DNA of 64,000 nucleotides from a virus: the IMG/VR virus record IMGVR_UViG_3300027881_000007, positions 32,001-96,000 of that record; one strand, 5' to 3'. The translations under genes were made by a program, and so were the position numbers. The notes beneath the pieces were generated by a model. The model was not told the origin of the DNA, ran no database searches, and worked only from the letters and a program-made list of their open reading frames with translations. Shown one piece after another: positions 1 through 9,998 of this stretch. Positions within the stretch are counted from its first letter, which is position 1, and the number at the start of each line of letters is the position of its first letter.

Positions 1-540
1 TGATCTAGTTGACTTCCCTCTAAATACTAATTCGCCTGGACCCAACGGATCTCCAGGCACAGTATACTGTACATCATACTCAACAATATCAATATCAGCT
101 AAACCATAGTATGCTAAGACCTGATAAAGAGCATTGGGAGTCCCCTTGACTTTATACAAGTTGACAAGATCAAAGAAAAAGTTAACTTTAGTTGTGAAGG
201 TTAGTATGTCCACTGGGACATCATAACCAAATGATTGAATCAACTGCTGAACGTGAGTATCAGGCATGGGAAATACTTCAGACACTGAGGCCTCAGTTGT
301 TCCCACAGTCCTAAGTGTAGCATACCAGTCTATAAGGAAGGTGCGTAGTCGTTTGTAATCATCAGAATTGAAGACTGCTTGATCAAGGGTGTTCTCAAAT
401 AGTTGCTCCGATAAACCCCTCTCAGATTCAGCTATATTTTTCGTATTATTGTCAAGTTCAATCGTATCAAAGGTAGGATCTATCCTTCTCTGATAGAGAA
501 AATTCCATATTGTCCAATAGTCTTCAATTTTGAATGCCAT
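1..540 (-). CDS. Baseplate wedge/tail-like structural protein, partial (runs off left end)
   Basis: Manual translation from ATG at 540: MAFKIEDYWTIWNFLYQRRIDPTF...FFFDLVNLYKVKGTPNALYQVLAYYG. The LYKxKGT motif is typical of baseplate wedge (P2 gpI/T4 gp7-like) proteins. No stop before base 1. Confidence 0.6.
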   Translation of the reverse strand, partial: MAFKIEDYWTIWNFLYQRRIDPTFDTIELDNNTKNIAESERGLSEQLFENTLDQAVFNSDDYKRLRTFLIDWYATLRTVGTTEASVSEVFPMPDTHVQQLIQSFGYDVPVDILTFTTKVNFFFDLVNLYKVKGTPNALYQVLAYYGLADIDIVEYDVQYTVPGDPLGPGELVFRGKSTRS

Positions 541-542
541 AC

Positions 543-1202
543 TTATACAATCTCCTCACACGGAGGTATAGGAATCACCTCTCTAGCAGCCACAAAGTCG
601 AAATACAGTTCAATTACAAAGGCCTCATAACAACTTTGTAAGACTTCAAATGGTTGAGAGATAAGAGTTGTAGTATCATAGACTGAAGTGTCCTCATCAA
701 TCTTCAACTTCAAGTACACCCATATCAACTTTGATAAATCAGTACTTAGAGCATCTAGTGAGGCATACAAAGTTATTGACGCAGTTGAATCAACTAGAAC
801 TACTGAGGTTGAATCAACCAAATTAACTCTAGTTGGGTCAATGCGATATGCCAGTAGAGTATTTAGTAGGGTAAAATCATCTGGTTGGAGATGAAATAGA
901 TTAAATGCATTAGTGCTGTCACATACTTCATACACCTTGGCGGAAGCATATACCGTTATTCTCTCCCTTACCATAGCTGGCCACTTAGACTTACTCTCTA
1001 TATCTTGGAAAAGATATTCATACTCAGTAAATGGATATGATTCATCGAACAGGAGTTGAATGAATGATTTTGGTTTTAGAAAGAGAGTGGGAATTTCAAC
1101 AGGATAAGGTATCTTATCTTTATTGAGATTCCTGTAAACGACTGCCCTACTAAACCAATATTGTAATTCATTTACTAAACTTGTGGAAAATGGTAACGTC
1201 AT
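543..1202 (-). CDS. Hypothetical protein, probably structural
   Basis: 219-aa ORF tightly coupled to its neighbours, upstream of the baseplate-like gene. Confidence 0.6.
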   Translation of the reverse strand: MTLPFSTSLVNELQYWFSRAVVYRNLNKDKIPYPVEIPTLFLKPKSFIQLLFDESYPFTEYEYLFQDIESKSKWPAMVRERITVYASAKVYEVCDSTNAFNLFHLQPDDFTLLNTLLAYRIDPTRVNLVDSTSVVLVDSTASITLYASLDALSTDLSKLIWVYLKLKIDEDTSVYDTTTLISQPFEVLQSCYEAFVIELYFDFVAAREVIPIPPCEEIV

Positions 1203-1891
1203 TAAGACTCCTCTTTCGAAATGAAAGAACTAAGTACCATGTAAATATGTCCTTCAAACTCGTGTGGATCCATACCTAATTCATCAGCAAAGGCATGTAC
1301 TTGTTTATCCGAAGGATTTGGATTGGCTTTAAAGAATTTTATAATTTTTGCATGAATGTCTCCACTATCTTCTTGTTCATGCACTGGTTCAGCAGCCTCA
1401 GCTTCAGCTTTAGTTGTCTGTACAGTTCCAGACGGATGATTTGGGGGAGAATAGACTGAATAAAGTTTCAAGTCATCTTCATCCGAGATATTAATAACAT
1501 TGTGTTTAGTTCCAGCTGGTATAACAAATGCTGAACCATCTTCTATTAATATCTCCTTTCCATTTAGGACTACTTTACCTTTTCCTGCTTCAATCCTAAT
1601 AAATTGATCAACATTGGAATGATTCTCTTCTCCAATATCTTCACTAGGCCGAATGCTCATCAATACTAACTGAGATTTTGTAGCAGTATAAAGAACCTTA
1701 CGAAAATTCTTATTTGCTATCGTTTCCTTTTCAATATTAATAAGAAACCCATCAGGAGCTTTATAAATATCAACTTCGTGAGCAGCTTGCTCATACATCT
1801 CACGGATGCATTTTTTCTTAATGGGTCACCACCTCATCCCGGGCGGACAATCTTTCTTCTCAGATAAGTGTTTCAGGTAACTGTCGATCAT
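1202..1891 (-). CDS. Cupin-domain protein with N-terminal targeting-like peptide and in-frame UGA at 1826-1828 (candidate selenocysteine)
   Basis: Cupin motifs IGEENHSNVDQFIRIEAGKG and VIPAGTKHNVIN. A GGAGG RBS precedes ATG at 1891, which is in frame with ORF 1202..1798 and reads MIDSYLKHLSEKKDCPPGMRW*PIKKKCIREMYEQ. Confidence 0.75.
1793..1811 (-). promoter_or_regulatory. Candidate bacterial SECIS-like hairpin
   Basis: AUGCAUC-CGUGA-GAUGUAU, 7-bp stem, starting 14 nt after the UGA. Confidence 0.55.
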
Positions 1892-1897
1892 TTTAAA

Positions 1898-3070
1898 CTA
1901 CCTCCTAAACTTAATATTTGGTAGAGGGTACCATGGATGCATTGGTGTATATACTTTAGGTTCAACATCAACTTCAGTTTCACTCTCCTCTTCCGTTTCA
2001 ACATCAACTATGTGCTGTTTGGCATCTCTTTCAGTTGTAAATTCAATTGAAAGTTTGCTCAGTACATGGGTAATAGGATTTGATAGTGTAGTATTATCTG
2101 AACCTGCAAATAGCAACCCTACAGCATTGTTATCCATATCCAATACTAGGGAGCCAGAGTCTCCACCATCACTCATGGGACCAGACATTATTTGGTCTTC
2201 AAATAGAGCAATAGGTCCACCATAATTAACCTGTGCTGTTACGTGGAGTTGAATGACTACACCTTGAGTATATCCAGTTGTTCGACCACTTTTCTGAATT
2301 GGTGTTCCAAGAGTTGGTTCAGATACTCCCTTGACATAACCAATTTCAAGTATCATCAACTCCATATCTTCAAACTTAATTGGGGTAGCTATGGCACAAT
2401 CGACTAGATTAGGATCACCCGGTTCAGCTTCCTTAGATAGAGAGAACTTATGACTTGAACCAAGTAGTTGTCCTATCTTATTGAGTACCTTCTCAATAGA
2501 ACCAGCTATAGGACATATAGGTACTGTATCACCAGAGAAGGAGATGGGCACATAGTCGAGTAGACTAGCTACGGTGTCTTCTTCACGGCCACCATCAATT
2601 CTCCCTGGTTGAAATATGGCATCACCTATGGCAGCTTCATTCGAGTTAGCGAACACGTGATTATTACTCAATAGGAGAATATCATCTCCACGCTTAACAA
2701 ACGCACCAAGAGTTCCTGCAGTTATATCTTTATGTCCCATAGATACACCAGCGGGATATGGCCTCCACCAATCACTTCGTTCTTTTAACGCAACAAATTC
2801 TCCTGTCTCAGTAACATCTGTCTTCGTGCCATCACCTACTGTCTGTGGTATCACATCCTTAGCCGGCAACTTCTCAATAGGGAGTTTCTGCTTAACAGAC
2901 ACAACAACACAAACCTCACTTGTAGCTACTCCGGCCACAGTTTTTAAACCAACTCCCACCGCCACCACGTTGGCCTTCTTAAGAAGATCTTTCTTACTCT
3001 CATTCACAACGTTTCTGACAATCTCTATGGTACTCATGAGATACTCCTTAATTTCAAAGTAGTCTGTCAT
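1898..3070 (-). CDS. Trypsin-like (S1/Nal1-type) serine protease
   Basis: Catalytic triad motifs LSNNHVFA, VDCAIA and GGDSGSLV; also KSGRTTG. Confidence 0.9.
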   Translation of the reverse strand: MTDYFEIKEYLMSTIEIVRNVVNESKKDLLKKANVVAVGVGLKTVAGVATSEVCVVVSVKQKLPIEKLPAKDVIPQTVGDGTKTDVTETGEFVALKERSDWWRPYPAGVSMGHKDITAGTLGAFVKRGDDILLLSNNHVFANSNEAAIGDAIFQPGRIDGGREEDTVASLLDYVPISFSGDTVPICPIAGSIEKVLNKIGQLLGSSHKFSLSKEAEPGDPNLVDCAIATPIKFEDMELMILEIGYVKGVSEPTLGTPIQKSGRTTGYTQGVVIQLHVTAQVNYGGPIALFEDQIMSGPMSDGGDSGSLVLDMDNNAVGLLFAGSDNTTLSNPITHVLSKLSIEFTTERDAKQHIVDVETEEESETEVDVEPKVYTPMHPWYPLPNIKFRR

Positions 3071-3073
3071 ACA

Positions 3074-3517
3074 TTAAAGAAGAATTTTCGACCAACGAGA
3101 TTCCTCAAATCTTTGCTCAAGGGACGCCTTCGCTTCATCACCATCTGGCGACTTAAGCTCCCCATCCATAATAAGAGACATAAGTTCATGCAGGTCAGCC
3201 TCTCCGATGTTCTTGATAAAGTCCTCTTTAGCAGATTCTGGTATTTTCTCCGATTCTTTGACTACCTCACTAATATATATCCTAAGACTTTCTGTCTTCA
3301 ACTCCTCCACCTTTTTATCATTATAAGCCCTACTTGAATCATCTTCATATTCTGAATCTTCTCCAGTCATAGGATCTTTCTCAGGGGCACCAGCAGGTTC
3401 CCCAGGTGGAAGAGGTTCTTCTACTTCATCGGGATCAACCATCTCAACCATTTCCTGCTCATGTAGTATTTGTTGTTTCTCATCACCGTACAATTCCTCT
3501 AACTTTTTTGTTGGCAT
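3074..3517 (-). CDS. Acidic hypothetical protein, probably virion/prohead-associated
   Basis: 147 aa, E/D-rich, GAGG RBS. Confidence 0.6.
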   Translation of the reverse strand: MPTKKLEELYGDEKQQILHEQEMVEMVDPDEVEEPLPPGEPAGAPEKDPMTGEDSEYEDDSSRAYNDKKVEELKTESLRIYISEVVKESEKIPESAKEDFIKNIGEADLHELMSLIMDGELKSPDGDEAKASLEQRFEESRWSKILL

Positions 3518-3526
3518 ATCATCCTC

Positions 3527-3874
3527 CTAGAACCGAGTCATTTTTAGTTTTGCTTGAAGTTTAGAAATCTTATTAGTCAATTTTGCTTTACATGCCTCAG
3601 GATTCTTATCCTTTCCACACATACCCTTTCCTTTATTAAGAGCACCCATCTTTGCTTTAATCGCTTGTGCTTTGAACCTCTTTAGACACTTGGTCTTATC
3701 CAGACCAGTATAGTCTTTACACGTCCTAGCAGCCTTATCAAAAATAGCCTTATAGGACTTAGCTGCTAAACTAAGGGCCATTGGCACAACAAAGAGAGCA
3801 GTACTCACACCCGCTTCATCAAATACCTTATCTTCTTGTATAAATTGCAAATAGGCATCTAACCTCTCACTCAT
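3527..3874 (-). CDS. Putative virion internal protein, paralog of 10361..10867
   Basis: N-terminal YLQFIQE motif, hydrophobic stretch, 4-Cys Lys-rich C-terminal domain. Confidence 0.6.
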   Translation of the reverse strand: MSERLDAYLQFIQEDKVFDEAGVSTALFVVPMALSLAAKSYKAIFDKAARTCKDYTGLDKTKCLKRFKAQAIKAKMGALNKGKGMCGKDKNPEACKAKLTNKISKLQAKLKMTRF

Positions 3875-3883
3875 ATCATCCTC

Positions 3884-4474
3884 CTACGTAGACATCTTAA
3901 GTATGACAGCGAATAAACCCACAACACCAAGTAGTGCTATGGCTGTAAGTCCAACCTGTGCTAAAGGTGGAAAGAGAGTAGCTAAAAGAATAAATGCACC
4001 TATACCAAAACCATATGCAAAAGCTCCTTCACCAGCCATTGCCTGTTCACCAAGTTTAGCTTTTAATCGTTTCCTAACGCGGCCAAACTTAAGCAGCACT
4101 TCTTTAGTTTTCACATCTGGTTTATCTGAATGACTTGCGCCAAGAGCAATCATTGATGAGAGATATGAGAGAGCACTATCTGGAACATCTGGATATTTTG
4201 TTTCTAGTTGGTTCATAGACATCATATAGGACTGATCAAAACCTTTAGAGGATGCCCTTCTAGCAACCTTTTTAAACTTTTTAGATGAGATAACAGGTAC
4301 AAGGGTAATCGCTTTTTCTATGGTTTTAGCATCTCCTCTCACTATACCCTTCTTCATACCAAGCATTATCTTATCAAGTCTACCTTGTGTCATCTTCCTG
4401 ACAAAGGATGCTACATTCTCGGTGATAACATCAGACTCTTGTAACTCATTCATATACTTATCAATTATCCTCAT
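3884..4474 (-). CDS. Putative virion internal/membrane protein
   Basis: N-terminal YMNELQE motif; two C-terminal hydrophobic helices. Confidence 0.55.
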   Translation of the reverse strand: MRIIDKYMNELQESDVITENVASFVRKMTQGRLDKIMLGMKKGIVRGDAKTIEKAITLVPVISSKKFKKVARRASSKGFDQSYMMSMNQLETKYPDVPDSALSYLSSMIALGASHSDKPDVKTKEVLLKFGRVRKRLKAKLGEQAMAGEGAFAYGFGIGAFILLATLFPPLAQVGLTAIALLGVVGLFAVILKMST

Positions 4475-4536
4475 ATCCCTCTCCTAAATTAATCGAACTA
4501 TCCCTATTTTTAATTTGTTCCACATATTTGAAGTCA

Positions 4537-4926
4537 TCACTGGTCATATTTTGAGACAATCCAACACAGCCTCATCTGTAAAGTAATAGTAGTTAATGGT
4601 ACATTCCCATGCACATCTACAGGGTCCATAGCAGGGGCAAGTTCAGTCTTCCTTAACTCCTCTTCAATTTCCATAAACTCCATATATGCAGCAAGGTCCC
4701 CAACCTCAGGATCATCACCAAGTCTATATTTGTCTCCCTCTTGATGTCCTCTAGGTATAGCAAATATAATCTCGTGATACTCTTCCCTTGTAGGTAACAT
4801 CATATACTCTTCTAGAATAAACTCAGGATAATCACGATGTTCCTTCATCCACTTTTTCTTCTCCTCCAGTGACAGACCCTCCGGCATTTCCTCCAGTGAG
4901 GGCAAACTCCCCGTAAGATCGGTCAT
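4537..4926 (-). CDS. Hypothetical protein
   Basis: 129-aa ORF with AGGAG RBS. Confidence 0.6.
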   Translation of the reverse strand: MTDLTGSLPSLEEMPEGLSLEEKKKWMKEHRDYPEFILEEYMMLPTREEYHEIIFAIPRGHQEGDKYRLGDDPEVGDLAAYMEFMEIEEELRKTELAPAMDPVDVHGNVPLTTITLQMRLCWIVSKYDQ

Positions 4927-4939
4927 CTCGCTTCTCCTT

Positions 4940-5515
4940 CTATTCTACCTTCTCAGATATCACAGTCCATCCTTCTTTCTGTGTTTCATCATCAATATCA
5001 TCTGGTTCTACTGAAAACCAATCTCTTTTGTTAAACTTCAAACCTATCTGGTCTTGCCATGCCATAGCTATAAGAGAGGAGCACACAATACTATTCGACC
5101 TATTCAAGGTAGCCGTAAACCAATTAGTCCTAAACAGGTTGTCCCAAAACTGCCAAAATATAGTCACCAGACTAAACTTCTCTCCCAACTTACTATTTAG
5201 TCGTTCGGCAATACCTGCAGCATCTTCATCAGACAAATCATCTTTCCTCACAATCCTGTATGCTCTCTTGGCCATATACTTCTTGACCTGAAGCATATCT
5301 CGTTTGACAACTTTCATCTGTGCCTCTATCAACATATTAGGTGCTATCATACAAGACACGTGAGTAAACCTAGCAGGGTCTCCTCCTCCCCCATATTGAA
5401 TAAACTTAAGAAAGAAATTAGTAAACCAATTCTTCTTGGCACAAGTCATTATTATATCACCCGCCTTTAACTTGGGTACTTCAATCCCTGTAGATGACGA
5501 TTGTGATAAACCCAT
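4940..5515 (-). CDS. Permuted papain-like amidase (YiiX/YebB, C92 family)
   Basis: LKAGDII...FTHVS...IVCSSLIAMAW...VEPDDI, His-before-Cys order. Confidence 0.75.
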   Translation of the reverse strand: MGLSQSSSTGIEVPKLKAGDIIMTCAKKNWFTNFFLKFIQYGGGGDPARFTHVSCMIAPNMLIEAQMKVVKRDMLQVKKYMAKRAYRIVRKDDLSDEDAAGIAERLNSKLGEKFSLVTIFWQFWDNLFRTNWFTATLNRSNSIVCSSLIAMAWQDQIGLKFNKRDWFSVEPDDIDDETQKEGWTVISEKVE

Positions 5516-5516
5516 A

Positions 5517-6023
5517 TCATCCTCCTATAAATGTTACCTTCTCCTCTAGGTCTGGTTTATATAAACAGAAAGGTATCAACCAACGAAGATTATTTATCAT
5601 AGTAAACTTATTTAGTTCCCTTGTAGATATAATTGATACTCTCTCATCTGTTACAGTCTTAGCCTCATAGAAAGTATCATGCGGCAACTCAATAGAAAGG
5701 AAATACACCCTCCAACCACTACCTTGAATCGTAACCTTATGACGCCATACATATGGATTGGTTTCAATACCTACCTCTTCTTTAAACTCCCTAGATATAG
5801 CCTCATGCATACTTTCACCATTTTCAATATGTCCACCGGGGCCATTTAATGCACCCTTCTGCCAAGCAGGTCTTTGCTTCCTTACTAATATAACTCTCTC
5901 ACCATCTTCTCTAAAAGCAAAACCTACCACATATTCAGTCTTTCCAAATAGCTTTCCTTTCCTCTCAGATGTATTGAGCATGAAAATAGTATCCCTCCAT
6001 TTTAAAGTTAGGTGGATAGTCAA
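5517..6023 (-). CDS. NUDIX hydrolase
   Basis: Nudix box PGGHIENGESMHEAISREFKEEVGI; true start probably internal. Confidence 0.9.
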   Translation of the reverse strand: MTIHLTLKWRDTIFMLNTSERKGKLFGKTEYVVGFAFREDGERVILVRKQRPAWQKGALNGPGGHIENGESMHEAISREFKEEVGIETNPYVWRHKVTIQGSGWRVYFLSIELPHDTFYEAKTVTDERVSIISTRELNKFTMINNLRWLIPFCLYKPDLEEKVTFIGG

Positions 6024-6164
6024 ACCATCTGGGTTTTATCCATACTTGGTGTCTCTTACAGTTTTGATCCCAACAGTAACGACTAGGTACCAATTCTAAC
6101 TCCCCTTTACTGTTTTGTACGGGAACGTATCCATGACCCCAATAATGCCTGTGCCACCACATAG

Positions 6165-6533
6165 TTACCCTCCTTGTGCTCGCCTCTTCACCCATTCACC
6201 TATAGTTATATAATCGCCCTTCGACTTAGGTCCTACAGTCGCCTTCCTAGTATCTGGGTCCACACCACATGCCTCCATTACATCAGCGGGACAACAACTG
6301 TATCCAGCCTCCCTTAATACCCAATGCATAACTTGAAATTTATCAGCATCAACCATCTCATATTGCTGCATCAATAGACCTGTATATCCGCCAAACTGAT
6401 AAGACTCTCCCAACGCATGATATATCATCCTAGCTGTAATCCTAGCTGCCAACCGATTTATGCAGTTACTCTTCAATGGCCACTGAGGATCAATAGGAAA
6501 CTTAAACTTAGGATACATCAGTCTTCTCAACAT
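6165..6533 (-). CDS. Hypothetical protein
   Basis: 122-aa ORF coupled to the radical SAM gene. Confidence 0.55.
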   Translation of the reverse strand: MLRRLMYPKFKFPIDPQWPLKSNCINRLAARITARMIYHALGESYQFGGYTGLLMQQYEMVDADKFQVMHWVLREAGYSCCPADVMEACGVDPDTRKATVGPKSKGDYITIGEWVKRRAQGG

Positions 6534-6534
6534 A

Positions 6535-7497
6535 TCACCTTCCTACAAGAGTGTTATAATAGCAACCAACCTTACAAGACGCCAGAACTGCACACTCCTT
6601 ACACTTCTCAGATAACTCCATAATAGAGTTGGTCTTCATACGAGATCCCCTTTGAATCATATTAGTGATCTCATCCATCGTCTTAACATCACCATTATCC
6701 TTCAATATAGAACCAACTTTTATCCTCGTCTGATTGCAGTAATATAGTTCAAAATCATAGTCGATCAAACCCATATGTGTATCACCACAACAAGTTATCT
6801 TCGCAAAGTGAAGACCATCTAAATCGTGAAAACTTATCACATCCAACATATCCTGAGTATAGAAGCACATAGGCAAAACGTGATCATAACTGTGCGATAT
6901 ATTCCTCTTCCATAAGTTAGGTCCTATAGTAGTAACTACGTCAATCCACGATTCTCTATACTGGTTTAAGATATTGTCGTCAAACAAATCAACCTGTGTA
7001 TCCGGAGACAATATAATATGTACATATGGACCCAACTTCACACACTGATTTACCTTCTCAATCATCTCATCTATACCATTTAAGGGTACAACAAAGTGAA
7101 GGGACATACGACGTATAAGATCACCATACTCAGGGAACACATTGGGGTCAAATACAAAACCATTTACTGTAAACTGTAACTTGCCTTGAAAGTGATTCTT
7201 GACGACCACTCCATGTTTCGTGATCTCTTTCATCCTTGTACCATTGGTAAATATATTAACCATTCCATAGTGCTTACAGGACTCTATAACTACATCTATA
7301 AACCTAGGGTGAAGTGTAGGTTCCCCACCCATAATCTTCAACTCTTCTTGTTTTAAATGACCAGAGTTAACCTGCATAAACTTAATCAATACATCGGCAT
7401 CCATAGACCCCGTCATCCTGGCATCTGCATTGAAGCAGTGTGGACACGATGCATTACACAACTCTGTCAGAACTATCCTGTGGGCTAGTTGAATCAT
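6535..7497 (-). CDS. Radical SAM/SPASM-domain protein
   Basis: CNASCPHC (CxxxCxxC), MGGEPTLHP, IFTNG, and C-terminal CKECAVLASCKVGC (Cx2Cx5Cx3C). Confidence 0.92.
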   Translation of the reverse strand: MIQLAHRIVLTELCNASCPHCFNADARMTGSMDADVLIKFMQVNSGHLKQEELKIMGGEPTLHPRFIDVVIESCKHYGMVNIFTNGTRMKEITKHGVVVKNHFQGKLQFTVNGFVFDPNVFPEYGDLIRRMSLHFVVPLNGIDEMIEKVNQCVKLGPYVHIILSPDTQVDLFDDNILNQYRESWIDVVTTIGPNLWKRNISHSYDHVLPMCFYTQDMLDVISFHDLDGLHFAKITCCGDTHMGLIDYDFELYYCNQTRIKVGSILKDNGDVKTMDEITNMIQRGSRMKTNSIMELSEKCKECAVLASCKVGCYYNTLVGR

Positions 7498-7877
7498 GTT
7501 GTAACCTTACTCTTCTTAGATGGTACCCCATCATATTCATCTAACTTCTCCAAACCCTCTAATATAAGCAAATGTCCTAGATCACGTCCGTCGAGTAATA
7601 TAACATCGGCAACATAGCGATCATACATACCTGCATAATAGGTTCTCAATATAACCTCTTTACCTTCGATGAGGTCTTTGACAAATACAGATGCCTGATT
7701 CCCGTGTGCTTTCTCTGCTTCATTGACAGGTCTAAAGGTCTCAGGCGTATCAACTATGTGAAGTCTAAACCTACCCTTAAACCTAATCCTGAAACCAAGG
7801 TCCACATCAGCGTCATATGTATCACCATCCACAACCCTTGTAATCAACGCCTTATATTCCCATCTAAAATCTTTCAT
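7494..7877 (-). CDS. Thermonuclease (SNase-like)
   Basis: RVVDGDT...RFRLHIVDTPE...YDRYVADV. Confidence 0.88.
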   Translation of the reverse strand: MKDFRWEYKALITRVVDGDTYDADVDLGFRIRFKGRFRLHIVDTPETFRPVNEAEKAHGNQASVFVKDLIEGKEVILRTYYAGMYDRYVADVILLDGRDLGHLLILEGLEKLDEYDGVPSKKSKVTT

Positions 7878-7966
7878 TCACTCTCCTCCATCAATGACAT
7901 TTACAACATATAAACTTACACTTCCCTTTCGGCTTTAGTATAACGTCAGGCATATATATGAAATTC

Positions 7967-8134
7967 TCAATTTTCACATACATTGAGTTTGCCCTCCGGT
8001 ATTCGCATAAATTCATTCTTGTAGAATTGGAAGTGTTCATTACACTCAGGACAATGAACACATATAGTAGCACCTCTATCGGTTTCCCAATAAAAGGTAG
8101 TCTTACACTCAAGGCATGTAAAGGTACATATCAT
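7967..8134 (-). CDS. Small zinc-ribbon protein (55 aa, not in ORF track)
   Basis: ATGA overlap with upstream stop; MICTFTCLECKTTF...VHCPECNEHF. Confidence 0.55.
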   Translation of the reverse strand: MICTFTCLECKTTFYWETDRGATICVHCPECNEHFQFYKNEFMRIPEGKLNVCEN

Positions 8135-8322
8135 ATTTCACTCATCCACTTCTTGATCTCTTCCTCGCTATATCCTTCAGGAAACGAACAATATTTAGAT
8201 GCCCAAGGAGCCATCTTTGCTATTAACTCCTTATCCTTCTTAGACAGGATTATCATTATAGGTTGTTCATTTGAATCAAATACTTTGTTCCCAACTTTCA
8301 CTTCCATATTCAGTTGCTCCAT
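8131..8322 (-). CDS. Hypothetical protein
   Basis: 63-aa ORF in operon. Confidence 0.55.
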   Translation of the reverse strand: MEQLNMEVKVGNKVFDSNEQPIMIILSKKDKELIAKMAPWASKYCSFPEGYSEEEIKKWMSEI

Positions 8323-8347
8323 AAATAGACAGACAGTAGGTTAAAGT

Positions 8348-8662
8348 TTACGAACCGAGTATCTTCTCTATCGTCTTACCCTCATCATTACACAAGTAGG
8401 CATATGTATCGAAGGCAACAGTAAACTCCTCATTATCTGTTCTCCTACAACACAGAACAACGTATTTATACGGTTCAGTTGTAGGTCCATGTATCCTATC
8501 CAACAGAGTTATGTCATAGTCAAGTTTATCTGGGGCAGCAATTTCTAGACTAGTTATCTCCTTGATCTTAGATACACTGACCTTCCTTATTTCATCCAAT
8601 ATCCACCATTCCTGATTGTCTCGCTCTCTCCTTACCTTTAGTATCATGTCTACCTCCTGCAT
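8348..8662 (-). CDS. Hypothetical phage protein
   Basis: C-terminal AYLCNDEGKTIEKI motif recurrent in phage proteins. Confidence 0.6.
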   Translation of the reverse strand: MQEVDMILKVRRERDNQEWWILDEIRKVSVSKIKEITSLEIAAPDKLDYDITLLDRIHGPTTEPYKYVVLCCRRTDNEEFTVAFDTYAYLCNDEGKTIEKILGS

Positions 8663-8698
8663 GTCTGATGTCTACCTACTGTCTGTCTATATCAATAG

Positions 8699-9307
8699 TT
8701 AATGGTTATAATCAGCATTTAGTTCTTTAGAATACATATCAGATTCTGATAATGGTACATCTGGCATATACCTATCCATTAAGTATTCATATCTCGTCCA
8801 AAATTCTCCACCATGCTTATTCCTCTTACCTATACAGGTATCAATGTGAGCTATCTCATGAAGTATCAACCTCTTTATACTCTTTGCCTTAGGGCCTACG
8901 TTTATAACCTTTCTCTCCAACCAACAAAACCCCTCAGAGGAGTCCTTATTATACCACTCTAGAGTCCACCCCCTATGACCAAGGTCTGAGATAACTCTAT
9001 CGAACAACATCCTACCTCTCCACTTATTCACCTCTCTAACTAGTTCGTCACATTGATCATATATAGAGTCCCACACTTTATGAGTTATACTATCCCCTAG
9101 TAACCTATATATCAACCAATGTCCCAACTCATGTAATAGTATAGGTACACGAGTCCATTCACTAGTCGCTAAATCCTTCCTCACAAAGATAGTATTTGAC
9201 GCTGGGTGATATGCTGCCTTTTCATATGGAATCCACTTAGGCAGGCGTTTAACATACAGAATTTTCAGCTTCTTCACTCGTCCATCTGCTCCTATCGCTT
9301 GCCCCAT
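8699..9307 (-). CDS. Tandem HExxH zincin-like metallopeptidase
   Basis: LLHELGH and ILHEIAH...HGGEFW (SprT-like). Confidence 0.7.
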   Translation of the reverse strand: MGQAIGADGRVKKLKILYVKRLPKWIPYEKAAYHPASNTIFVRKDLATSEWTRVPILLHELGHWLIYRLLGDSITHKVWDSIYDQCDELVREVNKWRGRMLFDRVISDLGHRGWTLEWYNKDSSEGFCWLERKVINVGPKAKSIKRLILHEIAHIDTCIGKRNKHGGEFWTRYEYLMDRYMPDVPLSESDMYSKELNADYNH

Positions 9308-9470
9308 AGTTTCCGTTGTCCTTTCATGCCCACATAGGCAAAGTTATCATTCAAGAAAGAGTGTATCTTAAAGGCAATCCTAGGAGGTAAATTAACAATA
9401 CGCCTACCAGATGGGGTATATAGCACACCATTTGAAGAGCAACCACATAGACCGTAGAATAGTTTCAGTT

Positions 9471-9998
9471 TCATATCTCATTAACCTCCTTCTGCACAAG
9501 ACAATGATCAGTCTTTTCAATAATCTGAAATTCTCGAGTCCCCTCCCATGTTAAATCAGAAGAAGGTATATCTTCTAGATAATAGTAACAGCATGCAGGC
9601 GACCATTTCAGTACACTTGGGTCTGTCTTAACCTTACATATAATATGAATCAAACCAAACTTATTATCTGCTGTTTTAACATTCCTTGCCCACCTAAATT
9701 CAAAACCAGGTTTAACCGTCCTCACATTAGTCATATAGAGCATAGGTTGCTTACCAACAATAGGTATATCGCCTTCCTCTTTGGCCCTTGCAATAAAGGT
9801 TGATAAAGTAAGTCCCTCACGCTCAATCAATGGAACATATTGAGGTCTAGTAGCATGATACAAAAACATATGGGATTCAGTTTCAAGTATACGCTTACAC
9901 AGAGTTGCTTGCCTAAGGTCATAGTACTCCAACCACCTAACGACCTCATCTCCAGAGTCTTCCTTTAGGGTATATAGATAATCATCAACAGCCTTCAT
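9471..9998 (-). CDS. Putative ADP-ribosyltransferase-like protein with targeting-like N-terminus
   Basis: FLYHATRPQYVPLIEREGL, MLYMT and YLEDIP resemble the KptA/ART fold; N-terminus MKAVDDYLYTLKE. Confidence 0.5.
   Translation of the reverse strand: MKAVDDYLYTLKEDSGDEVVRWLEYYDLRQATLCKRILETESHMFLYHATRPQYVPLIEREGLTLSTFIARAKEEGDIPIVGKQPMLYMTNVRTVKPGFEFRWARNVKTADNKFGLIHIICKVKTDPSVLKWSPACCYYYLEDIPSSDLTWEGTREFQIIEKTDHCLVQKEVNEI

Noticed and set aside
7891-8134. Further UGA-Sec candidates (CEN*EFHIYA* and CCKCH*)
   Set aside because: No comparable hairpin seen, and RBS-preceded downstream starts explain these UGAs as ordinary stops
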